DNA of 32,000 nt from Seinonella peptonophila. Its GTDB lineage: Bacteria; Bacillota; Bacilli; Thermoactinomycetales; Thermoactinomycetaceae. Every line of letters starts with the position of its first letter. The first letter of the stretch is position 1. The stretch is from NCBI RefSeq assembly GCF_900129355.1, contig NZ_FQVL01000008.1, positions 99,155 to 131,154 on the forward strand, in the 5' to 3' direction. The position numbers and the translations under genes are program-made. Below the pieces are notes generated by a model. That model did no database searches. It was given only the letters and a program-made list of their open reading frames with translations, and was not told the origin of the DNA. Shown here in pieces: positions 9,233-17,550 of this stretch.

Positions 9233-9469
9233 CTACCGCAGTGAGATGATTTCCTTACCAAACTCATACATTATAAAAGCAAGGTTGAAGACGTTCGCAT
9301 CACTCTCTGACACGAGCTGAGCTTTGTCATCCCTATGCCAAGTGAGTAAACGTACTATCTCCAACCCATTTGAAAATAGTCTATAATAGGACATTCTATC
9401 CTGTTCATTTGGTATGTTACTAGACTCAAAATTGACCCAATATATCATATTGAAATAATAGTCAATCAT
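9233..9469 (-). CDS. Hypothetical 78-aa ORF (doubtful)
   Basis: Open frame only. There is no Shine-Dalgarno before the ATG and no recognisable family. Confidence 0.2.
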   Translation of the reverse strand: MIDYYFNMIYWVNFESSNIPNEQDRMSYYRLFSNGLEIVRLLTWHRDDKAQLVSESDANVFNLAFIMYEFGKEIISLR

Positions 9470-10614
9470 TGCTACATTTTAAATGCGAATTTGATTCTAG
9501 AACGGAACTCGTATGTAAAAAGATATAATCTTGGACTGCTTTTATCACGCTGAACAACCTGCCATCAATCAATGTAAATGTGGAGTGCCCCCTATGTTCA
9601 ACATGCATTGACCATTTTTCAGGTGTCATTTGTTATGATTGCGCTCAGCAAATGGAGAGTTCTATTAAGAGTTAGCAAATAATTGCAATTGAACACAGAA
9701 AAAGCGATCAATGGCTATCCACTATTTGAAATCTTCTACCTAGTAAGTGTATGATGATAGAGATATGCCTGAAAGAGTTGTGGTATCACTCACTTTCAAG
9801 TTAAGTGTGCCACTCCTCTTTTCATTTGTATGCATAAAAATACTAAAAACTTAATAGAAACCCATACTGCTCACATGTATATAAACTTCTCAATTGCGAA
9901 GAAGGGAGGGATTTATTATTAAAATTGGAAAATTCTAATAAATTTGAGATTTATATAAACACCTGCAACAAAGGAGGTGTAAATGTGAGTATAGGCGGTG
10001 ATGGAGACCTGCATGATTAAGTCTCAATTATTTATAAAACTATAGAGCGTTCTTTTAGCTTCAATCAAATAAACTACTTTATATTGAAATATAATGATAA
10101 ATATACCTTCTTTCAAACCATATACGATCATAGAGTGACAACCATCGTCACTGTGAAGATAAGAATAACTCTATATACGATAAACGAGCCCTATGTGCCC
10201 CCTTCTCTCACATAGGGCTGTAGTCTTGTAGATAAAGTTATGTGATCTGCTCGTGATCATGGTTCACGTCGACGCTCCGACTTAAGCTTGCAAGGATGTT
10301 TGGCTGTTCACTCATTTTTCCAAATGAAAAGTTGAAATCCGTTTTTTCTTATTCATTATAAGCAGATTATCAGAAAGCCCTAACGATTTTGATATCTGCT
10401 TGATTTGACATCATACAGATTTTGGAATTTACAAAGCGATGACTTAGAAAGCGATCCACGATACAATGGAAGAGTTTCGGTTTATAACAAATAAAAGTAT
10501 TTCTGACGGTTTTGACGGAATTAAACATATACAACAGTATATCAAGTGAATACTTCCAAGATATCTTATCACCTTCTATATGTTCTTCTTATTTAAACAG
10601 GAGGCTTTATTATT

Positions 10615-11829
10615 ATGTCAGATACAATTCAATCCAGTATATCAACTAGCCAACCTCAAAACTTATCAAAAAACAATCAGCTCCCATTATGGAAGCTGAT
10701 TGCCTTATCAGCGGCCGGTTTTGTCGCGATTATGACGGAAACTATGCCAGCAGGTCTCTTGATTCAAATTAGTAGAGACCTCCAAGTCTCAGAAGCCTTA
10801 GTGGGGCAGTTGATCACATTATTTGCAATCGGCGCGATGGTCTCAGCAATCCCATTGATCGCTCTGACAAGAAGTTGGGGGCGTAAAAAGGTATTTATCC
10901 TCGCACTTGCTGGCTTATTTTTGTTCAACACAATCACGGCTCTATCAACTAACTATGTATTAACTCTTATTGTCAGGTTTGGTGCTGGCATGTCGATTGC
11001 TCTAATTTGGGGATTATTTGCAGGCTATGCGCGGAGGATGGTTCCACAGCACTTACAAGGGCGGGCGTTAGCCATTGCAGGGGTGGGGCAGCCACTCGCT
11101 TTATCTTTAGGCGTACCACTTGGAACTTGGCTTGGCAAGTTTATAGAGTGGCAAATGATCTTTGGCTTGATTTCGATGATTATCTTAGGGCTAATCATTT
11201 GGATGCTTTTTTTATTACCTGATTTCCCTGGACAAGCGGCAGCTCAAAGAAAATCTCTTCGTCAAGTCTTTGTTATGCCAGGCGTTCGTCCCATCTTATT
11301 TGTACTTTTTGTCTGGGTTTTGGCTCATAATATCCTCTATACCTACATCGCCCCCTTTATGGCGCATGCAGGTCTTGCAAATCGATTAGATATTGCTCTG
11401 CTGGTATTTGGTATCTCATCATTAGTTGGCATCTGGATCACAGGTCTCTTCATTGATGGTCGACTTCGTACACTTACCTTGATCAGTCTTGCTAGCTTTG
11501 CCGTTGCAGCATTGGTATTGGGTATCTTCGTTTCAGTCCCACTGCTGATCTATATCGGAATCGCTGCCTGGGGTCTTACATTTGGAGGAGGTCCTACATT
11601 ATTGCAAACAGCCATTGCTGACACAGCCGAAGAGAATGCTGATGTAGCCATGTCGATGTTTGTAACCGTTTTTAACTTATCAATTGCTGCAGGTGGCATG
11701 GTAGGTGGTCTCTTGCTAGATTATGTTGGAGCAGGAACCTTTCCTTGGGCGCTCGTACTACTTAGTCTGATCGGACTCTTTACAGTCTGGCGCAATCGAA
11801 AACATGCATTCATACCTGATCAAAAGTAA
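10615..11829 (+). CDS. MFS transporter (12-TM, drug/sugar efflux-like)
   Basis: 404 aa and hydrophobic throughout. The TM2-3 loop LTRSWGRKKV resembles the MFS motif A. RBS aacaggagg precedes the ATG. Confidence 0.85.
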   Translation: MSDTIQSSISTSQPQNLSKNNQLPLWKLIALSAAGFVAIMTETMPAGLLIQISRDLQVSEALVGQLITLFAIGAMVSAIPLIALTRSWGRKKVFILALAGLFLFNTITALSTNYVLTLIVRFGAGMSIALIWGLFAGYARRMVPQHLQGRALAIAGVGQPLALSLGVPLGTWLGKFIEWQMIFGLISMIILGLIIWMLFLLPDFPGQAAAQRKSLRQVFVMPGVRPILFVLFVWVLAHNILYTYIAPFMAHAGLANRLDIALLVFGISSLVGIWITGLFIDGRLRTLTLISLASFAVAALVLGIFVSVPLLIYIGIAAWGLTFGGGPTLLQTAIADTAEENADVAMSMFVTVFNLSIAAGGMVGGLLLDYVGAGTFPWALVLLSLIGLFTVWRNRKHAFIPDQK

Positions 11830-11860
11830 ATATGCCGTCCTTAAGTGATGGACGGCATAT
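11830..11860. terminator. Bidirectional hairpin between the convergent MFS and yhfT-like genes
   Basis: Perfect 11-bp stem atatgccgtcc / ggacggcatat with a 9-nt loop. Confidence 0.6.
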
Positions 11861-11896
11861 GTTAACGTTATCATTTTGGACTGTTAGAAAACAACC

Positions 11897-13183
11897 TTAT
11901 GATGGAGGTGTATAAAGTCCTACCAATGCTAAAACATTGGCCAAAATCCCGACGATGATCGCAGCTAGAGGACCAGCCGCTAATCTCATTACAGGTCTTC
12001 CCGCAATTTCATTTAACACATAGAGTGATACAACAACAAAGAAGCCCGTTCCTGCCCAAATTTGATTCCCAGCGTTCATTCCACCTACTAATAAGGCAAC
12101 TTCTAAAATCTGCGTCATCCCATTTCGAATATTATCCCCTGAATTTTTTAGCGCAGGGAATTTATTGAGAAAACGACCGATTTTCCCTAGACTTAGCACC
12201 TCAACCCCCATCGCTGAAGCACCTAGCACCCCAGCCAATAATGGGTTGCCTGATAAATAGCCAATTCCGATCAGCCAATCACACCAACCATTTGTAGCAT
12301 AGACACCACTAATTAAAGAAGTGGTAACGATCAAAGGTAAAAATCCAATTGCTGATACAATGGCAACAATGGCAGCAGAGGTAATATCTCCTTTTCCTAA
12401 CAACGCTCCCGCAATGGGCTCACCTGCGATCCAATGGAAACTAGCGGCAATGGCCAAAATCGCCCCCATCGGCAATAGATAATAGATATTTTTACGAATT
12501 CGCGAGGCGTTTTCTGCAAATACCCCTTCGCCCATATCGATCTCTTTCGTCTTATCCCTTGCAGCAATCACGATTAAGCAGATCATCCCGACTAGCATCG
12601 CCATCCCTTCGGGACTGAGGGAGACTTCACTTCCACCAATTTTAAGCGGATTTATCTTCTCTACCACAATTCGCGCTACTAGTGAGAACAGAAATGTAAT
12701 CAAACCTTTTTTCTTACCAAATTGATATCCTACTGCCAATGCAGGGAAAGCGACAAAAGCATAGACAATTGGATCACCAACAGAAGCCAATGCATCGAGG
12801 AAATTAACGGGTAGATGCTTAAAGCCTTTAATAATCGCATCTAATGTAACGGTGACAATTCCTCCATATAATGTACCTACGATTGTCGCAATGATCGAAC
12901 TGGAGAAAAATGTTCCAATAATATCCGCTGCAAGTAAAACAATATGAATCACAATGATTCCTGTTGCTAAGGTGATCGGCATGGCGAATCCTGTAATAAA
13001 ACCAATACTGATCGCAAAGGAGACTGCTGCCAATTCTCTGCGTTTCATATTCCCATTGAGAAACTCAGGCATAATAGGTCGCAAACCATCATGATAGACA
13101 GCAATCGCCCGATTGGCGAGAAATGATGCATATCCACCCATGATTGCAAAGATGATAATCTTGATTATTTGCATCGAGTTCAT
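11897..13183 (-). CDS. yhfT: YhfT-like polytopic membrane protein (putative transporter)
   Basis: 428 aa and almost entirely hydrophobic (at least 10 TM). It is the last gene of a cluster whose composition and order match E. coli yhfZ-yhfT as I recall it. Confidence 0.65.
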   Translation of the reverse strand: MNSMQIIKIIIFAIMGGYASFLANRAIAVYHDGLRPIMPEFLNGNMKRRELAAVSFAISIGFITGFAMPITLATGIIVIHIVLLAADIIGTFFSSSIIATIVGTLYGGIVTVTLDAIIKGFKHLPVNFLDALASVGDPIVYAFVAFPALAVGYQFGKKKGLITFLFSLVARIVVEKINPLKIGGSEVSLSPEGMAMLVGMICLIVIAARDKTKEIDMGEGVFAENASRIRKNIYYLLPMGAILAIAASFHWIAGEPIAGALLGKGDITSAAIVAIVSAIGFLPLIVTTSLISGVYATNGWCDWLIGIGYLSGNPLLAGVLGASAMGVEVLSLGKIGRFLNKFPALKNSGDNIRNGMTQILEVALLVGGMNAGNQIWAGTGFFVVVSLYVLNEIAGRPVMRLAAGPLAAIIVGILANVLALVGLYTPPS

Positions 13184-13221
13184 GGTTCACCCTCCCATTT
13201 CTACTATGACTATGTCGATTT

Positions 13222-13596
13222 TTATTCTTTTTCAAGTAAGGTATCTAAGAGCAGCTTCATCGATTGTTCTACATGATCATTGGTAAAACCAAATGCCTTC
13301 ACACCTTTTTTAACGGCTTCCTCAACAACTTCCTTTTTAGGCGCTCGACCAGCCATCGAGATCGTCGCGCATTTATCGCGACCTAAGACACCATAAGCCA
13401 TTGCTAATGCACCACCTGCACCGCTCTGGCATGCTCCAACGTAATAGTCATAAGTTCCATTTTTCACTAACATTGCCGCTTCTACATCGGTAAAAATATC
13501 AGCCACTGCTTGTTGACTGGCATGCTGCTCGACATACGCTTTGATCTCATTCTTTGTTAATTGACCGCCAATGGCAAACTTCATCATGGTATTCAT
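13222..13596 (-). CDS. yhfU: YhfU-like DUF2620 protein
   Basis: About 120 aa. The likely true start is the ATG at 13587 (MMKFAIGG), 9 nt after aggag. The ORF-track ATG at 13596 abuts the RBS. It has a Gly/Cys-rich loop YVGACQSGAGGALAMA. Confidence 0.6.
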   Translation of the reverse strand: MNTMMKFAIGGQLTKNEIKAYVEQHASQQAVADIFTDVEAAMLVKNGTYDYYVGACQSGAGGALAMAYGVLGRDKCATISMAGRAPKKEVVEEAVKKGVKAFGFTNDHVEQSMKLLLDTLLEKE

Positions 13597-13599
13597 CTC

Positions 13600-14793
13600 C
13601 TATTTCATTACAATTTGTTCATAAAAGCTGGTTCCAAACTCAGGCTTTGGTAATTGGAAAAACTGACTCATCGTCGCACCAATATCAGCCATTGTTGAAC
13701 GTGTTCCAATTGAAACCGGTTGAACTTTTGATCCAATCACTAGAATCGGCGTATATTCACGAGTATGGTTTGAGTGTCCTATCGTTGGATCATTTCCATG
13801 ATCTGCCGTAATAATCAGTACATCATCGTCTTGAAGCAGTGGAATAAATGAGTCTAGGAACTGATCGACTGTTTCCAGTACTGACCGATACCATGTCACA
13901 TCTTCGGCATGTCCTGCTAAATCGGTCTCTTGGACATTGACTAGAAAAGCCGCAGCTTTCTTCTCCTCTTCATAGAGCTTTTGAAAGCGTTTTAATACCT
14001 CGGAAGTTTGAACAACCGGATCTGCATAACCGCGTCCATGCACTACATCGGCTGTTTTTCCAATTCGATATACAGGGATGTCAAATTGTTCGGCAAGTGT
14101 TGGAAATTGCTTTTCGTAGTCTACTCCATAACCTAAATGCATCACTTGATAACCTTCCCCATAAACGCCTGCTTTTGGGCTATCGACACCCCATTGTCCG
14201 GGATTTTTCTCTTTAACCGCTGCGAGAATACGTTCAATATTTGTCTTTTGATTTCCGTAAACGATCACTCGACTTGTATCAACATGCTGACGAATCATCT
14301 TTCCGATCTGAATCGATTCTGCAAAAGAGATCTGGTTTAAATCACAGACCACATTGATAATATTGCCCAATGCCGATTCAAGGTTATCACCAATGACAAC
14401 AGCTTGATTTACCAACAACACACTCCCATTTGAAACAGGATGTGTCACTTGATATCCAGCTTGCTTTAGTACCTGCTCAAATAGATCTCCTACTTCCATC
14501 ATCAGCCGCTTCTGTGGTTTGCCTGGTCTGCTGCCCATTAACTCCTGATGGCCCATAAAAGTATCTGCTCCATAATGCGCCAATTTACTACGCCCAAAGG
14601 CTGCCGTAGGGACACCCTGATCATCGACAAGTCGTCCCAATCCTAAACGATATAAAGTAGGGATCTGCAAACACACTTGTTCACGAATATGTTTATACGT
14701 ATGAGCATTTAGATCTGAAGGCTGAATCTGTAGGCAATCTTCCATCGCTCCGATTCCAAAACCATCAAGGACGAGTAAGGTTATTTTCCCCAT
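13600..14793 (-). CDS. yhfW: Phosphopentomutase-family metalloenzyme (YhfW-like)
   Basis: 397 aa. LLVLDGFGIG and ITADHGNDPTIGHSNHTREYTPILVIG match the DeoB/alkaline-phosphatase-superfamily metal and active-site motifs. Its start abuts the stop of the upstream gene with a 0-nt gap. Confidence 0.8.
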   Translation of the reverse strand: MGKITLLVLDGFGIGAMEDCLQIQPSDLNAHTYKHIREQVCLQIPTLYRLGLGRLVDDQGVPTAAFGRSKLAHYGADTFMGHQELMGSRPGKPQKRLMMEVGDLFEQVLKQAGYQVTHPVSNGSVLLVNQAVVIGDNLESALGNIINVVCDLNQISFAESIQIGKMIRQHVDTSRVIVYGNQKTNIERILAAVKEKNPGQWGVDSPKAGVYGEGYQVMHLGYGVDYEKQFPTLAEQFDIPVYRIGKTADVVHGRGYADPVVQTSEVLKRFQKLYEEEKKAAAFLVNVQETDLAGHAEDVTWYRSVLETVDQFLDSFIPLLQDDDVLIITADHGNDPTIGHSNHTREYTPILVIGSKVQPVSIGTRSTMADIGATMSQFFQLPKPEFGTSFYEQIVMK

Positions 14794-15954
14794 TTATGTC
14801 CCTCTTCTCTGCAAATAAACAAGTTCAGGTTTTTGGTCGATATGGCGGATATAAGCAACATGTGCGCGCGTAACAAAAATCTGTGTTCTGAAAGCATAGA
14901 CTACCGTATCTCCAATAGCTGTATCTTCTTTACGTTCCAACTCACCATAATAATCAATATGATCTCCTCTATAATCTTCTGTCACTCGATGATAATGATG
15001 AAGAATCTGATCAGGGTGACGTGCTACAAATGCACCTTTCATATGAGATCGAGGATAAAATCCTCCTCCTATCACATAAACATGGTCATCATAAAAATGG
15101 GAGACTTCCGTGACATATACCATCGCTGGCAACTCATCTAGATCCAAAGCTGCATGAAGAGGGGTTGTACCTGTTAATGCATGTCCTGGTTCTCCATGTG
15201 TAATCCCCTGTTGCTTCAGCATGGGAATCGTATGACAACATGTCGCACTAGGCCCATTTAGCTGTGTCACATTCATTCCAAAAGATTGCAGAAGGTCACG
15301 CGCTGCCAATAAAGTCTCTAGATTTGAGGTAAACAGATATTCGGTCTGTGTTTCATTCAGCTTTAAAACAGGAAAAGTCGTAACCCCTACAACGCGAATC
15401 CCAGATAGTTTGTTCAGTTCAGGTATTACCTTTGATAGTTCCTCTAAAGTAAAACCACCTGCCTGACCTTGGTAATATTCATCATTTGGTTGAACGACTC
15501 GCAGCAAAACATCCTGCACCAGCCCATGCTGGATCGCTTTAGCAGATAACTGAGCTGCTCTCTCTTTTGAAAAAACCGTCACAACTTGCGGTTGTATCTG
15601 CTTTAAAATATGCCCCCATTCATTTTTGCCAGGCTGTACAAGATGACCCAAATGACCGATTTTTACGCCTGATTTTGCTAAAATACGCGCCTCATCATAA
15701 TCGACTGCTACGGCTTGATCAATTCCATGTTGACTAATCCAACGACCGATAAAATCATTTCTACCCAGTTGCTTTGACATAAAATAAAGCTGAAAATCAT
15801 GTTCTTTTGCTGTTAGGGATAGTTTTTGGATATTGTGTGTTAGTGCATCCAAATCAACTACATACGTATTGGGAGGGATTTGTCCCGATTGATGGAGCAT
15901 CACAGAAGCTTTTAATAAAGACGGATTTCGCCTTTTGATTACATCAGTAAACAT
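14794..15954 (-). CDS. yhfX: PLP-dependent alanine-racemase-fold protein (YhfX-like)
   Basis: 386 aa. MFTDVIKRRNPSLLKASVMLHQSGQIPPNTYVVDLD and FMSKQLGRN (candidate PLP lysine) parallel E. coli YhfX as I recall it. Confidence 0.78.
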   Translation of the reverse strand: MFTDVIKRRNPSLLKASVMLHQSGQIPPNTYVVDLDALTHNIQKLSLTAKEHDFQLYFMSKQLGRNDFIGRWISQHGIDQAVAVDYDEARILAKSGVKIGHLGHLVQPGKNEWGHILKQIQPQVVTVFSKERAAQLSAKAIQHGLVQDVLLRVVQPNDEYYQGQAGGFTLEELSKVIPELNKLSGIRVVGVTTFPVLKLNETQTEYLFTSNLETLLAARDLLQSFGMNVTQLNGPSATCCHTIPMLKQQGITHGEPGHALTGTTPLHAALDLDELPAMVYVTEVSHFYDDHVYVIGGGFYPRSHMKGAFVARHPDQILHHYHRVTEDYRGDHIDYYGELERKEDTAIGDTVVYAFRTQIFVTRAHVAYIRHIDQKPELVYLQRRGT

Positions 15955-15956
15955 GC

Positions 15957-16331
15957 CTATCCCTCCTTTGTATCGACCTGTGCTAAGTAATTAGCAAGAT
16001 GTGCCATGATAAATCCGTGTTCTTGAGTTGGAAGGACATAAGGCAAATTCGCCTGTATCGCTTCAAACATCTCTTTTGCCTGACTGTAATAGGGAGAGCT
16101 CTTCACCTCCTCTTCAATTCCAGGCGCGGGAAGAGGAAGCGCTTCATTCTGCTCGATCCTAGTTACGACCATCGCCAGATGAGTTAACATCATCTCAGCC
16201 GCTTCATGTCTACTTGGCGTATTGATTTGAAGCTGTTGAATTATTTGCAGCGTTATATCATAAGCTAAAGGGGTGATCACTTCCTGTTTAAGCAGAAAAG
16301 CTAGCCGATCATTTGCATATTTCATTGTCAT
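15957..16331 (-). CDS. yhfY: PRD-domain-only protein (YhfY-like)
   Basis: 122-124 aa and all-helical-looking. It has two His-containing helices (MLTHLAMVV, FIMAHLANYL) typical of a PTS regulation domain. The second ATG (16325) has better spacing from aaggaag. Confidence 0.6.
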   Translation of the reverse strand: MTMKYANDRLAFLLKQEVITPLAYDITLQIIQQLQINTPSRHEAAEMMLTHLAMVVTRIEQNEALPLPAPGIEEEVKSSPYYSQAKEMFEAIQANLPYVLPTQEHGFIMAHLANYLAQVDTKEG

Positions 16332-16337
16332 CTTCCT

Positions 16338-16358
16338 TACAAAGTACAGTATTTTGTA
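16338..16358. promoter_or_regulatory. 21-bp near-perfect palindrome abutting the yhfY RBS
   Basis: TACAAAGTAC-A-GTATTTTGTA has 9 of 10 symmetric pairs. It shares the core ACAG-WWW-TTTGTAT with the site at 17381-17398. Confidence 0.45.
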
Positions 16359-16371
16359 TTTTAATTGGATA

Positions 16372-16407
16372 GATGATTCTAATCCCCCAGATCAGATTAG
16401 AATCATC
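16372..16407 (-). terminator. Perfect 13-bp stem hairpin in the yhfZ-yhfY intergenic region (terminator or attenuator candidate)
   Basis: gatgattctaatc / gattagaatcatc with a 10-nt loop. It is followed on the minus strand by A/T-rich sequence but no clean U-tract. Confidence 0.45.
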
Positions 16408-16432
16408 CACATTGCGCGAATCGCAGCATAGG

Positions 16433-17380
16433 CTAATAATGGGGCAAGATTTGTTTTGTCTCGACTTTCTTTTGTGTCTCTAAAATTTCTTCCACTGATA
16501 ACATAGAAAGAATCGTCTGTAGTTCTGTTTGCTCCGCTTTAATCAAGAGACATGCTTCTGTTATCTTCTGTTCAATCTTTTTTGCATGTGAACGGCTCAA
16601 AGGAATCTGTTTCATCAATGGAGCATTTCTTCCTACTTCATCTTTATTCCAGATCGCTGCATCGATTTGTCCGATTTCTAGCATATCTAAGAGATTCATA
16701 TAACTTAGCTCAATAAATGTAACATCTAGTCCTTCACATTCTGCAAGCGTTAGCTCTCTCTGGTCATCTGAAGTATGATCAATCCCAATCTTCATTCCAC
16801 TTTCAATTCGGGTATATTCAGGATGAGAAAGGAAAATCGAATGACCAGATACATAGGAAAAAGGTCCAAAAGTTAAGCCGATCTGAACGGCTGGATCCTG
16901 TTTGCAGATTAGTTCAGCCGCCAATCGCGAGACAATCGCAAAATCGTATCTACCATCTAGCATTGCCTTTACACGGGGTAATGATCCACGCATATAAGCC
17001 AGATGAAAAGGTAAGTCCTTTTTTTTGAATGCTTTTGTTAATCCTGTTGCCAAGCCTTCATATTTCTTCGAATAAGGTAATGGCATCGCACCAATCAATT
17101 GACCAATCCCTGAAAATTGAAGGAGCTTATGATTATCTTTTGCTAATAAAAATGTCCCTAAGTGTCCACGCGATTCTACACGAATCGCTTGATTCTCTTC
17201 TAAGAAACGTAAAGCGCCTTGGATGGTACCTCTGCCTAATGATAACTCGCTCGCAAAGTCACTAATCCTGGGAATCCGCTGATTCACTTCGATTGTCAGC
17301 ATCTTTCGAGCTATTTTCTGGGCAGCGAATCCATACTTTGTTAAAAGCATTTGCTCCAACTTGATCCCTCTAACCTTCAA
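16433..17380 (-). CDS. yhfZ: YhfZ-like transcriptional regulator (GntR-like wHTH plus periplasmic-binding-protein-like C-domain)
   Basis: The N-terminus IPRISDFASELSLGRGTIQGALRFLEENQAIRVESRGHLGTF is a winged HTH, followed by a large alpha/beta C-terminal domain. The ORF-track TTG at 17380 has no RBS. TTG 17359 (after agaggga) or ATG 17350 is a more likely start. Confidence 0.6.
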   Translation of the reverse strand: MKVRGIKLEQMLLTKYGFAAQKIARKMLTIEVNQRIPRISDFASELSLGRGTIQGALRFLEENQAIRVESRGHLGTFLLAKDNHKLLQFSGIGQLIGAMPLPYSKKYEGLATGLTKAFKKKDLPFHLAYMRGSLPRVKAMLDGRYDFAIVSRLAAELICKQDPAVQIGLTFGPFSYVSGHSIFLSHPEYTRIESGMKIGIDHTSDDQRELTLAECEGLDVTFIELSYMNLLDMLEIGQIDAAIWNKDEVGRNAPLMKQIPLSRSHAKKIEQKITEACLLIKAEQTELQTILSMLSVEEILETQKKVETKQILPHY

Positions 17381-17398
17381 TATACAGATATTTGTATA
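17381..17398. promoter_or_regulatory. Perfect 6-6-6 palindrome upstream of yhfZ
   Basis: TATACA-gatatt-TGTATA. It is related to the 16338-16358 site. Confidence 0.4.
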
Positions 17399-17487
17399 TT
17401 GGATTTTCTTTAGTGTAGCTCTTTTTTATTTCATATGCAAGTAAAATCTACAATCGGATTTGATGGTGAAAAAATGAAAGCCTTTTC

Positions 17488-17516
17488 TTGCTTTCTGTCC
17501 ATAGATATTTTATGAT
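17488..17516 (+). promoter_or_regulatory. Candidate sigma-A promoter of the PTS operon
   Basis: TTGCTT-N17-TATGAT, about 35 nt upstream of the RBS aaaggagg. Confidence 0.4.
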
Positions 17517-17550
17517 ATATGAAAATAATTTTCATAAAGGAGGTTTTTTG

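Noticed and set aside
9580-9675. Cys-rich frame (M)ECPLCSTCIDHFSGVICYDCAQQMESSIKS, superficially like the 31-aa CxxC mini-protein.
   Set aside because: It would need a GTG start with no Shine-Dalgarno. There is no terminator, and the similarity to the other mini-ORF is limited to the CxxC spacing.
17474-17488. cre-like site ATGAAAGCCTTTTCT next to the -35 of the PTS promoter.
   Set aside because: The central CG of the CcpA consensus (TGNAANCGNWNNCA) is CC here. With a single copy, I cannot distinguish it from chance.
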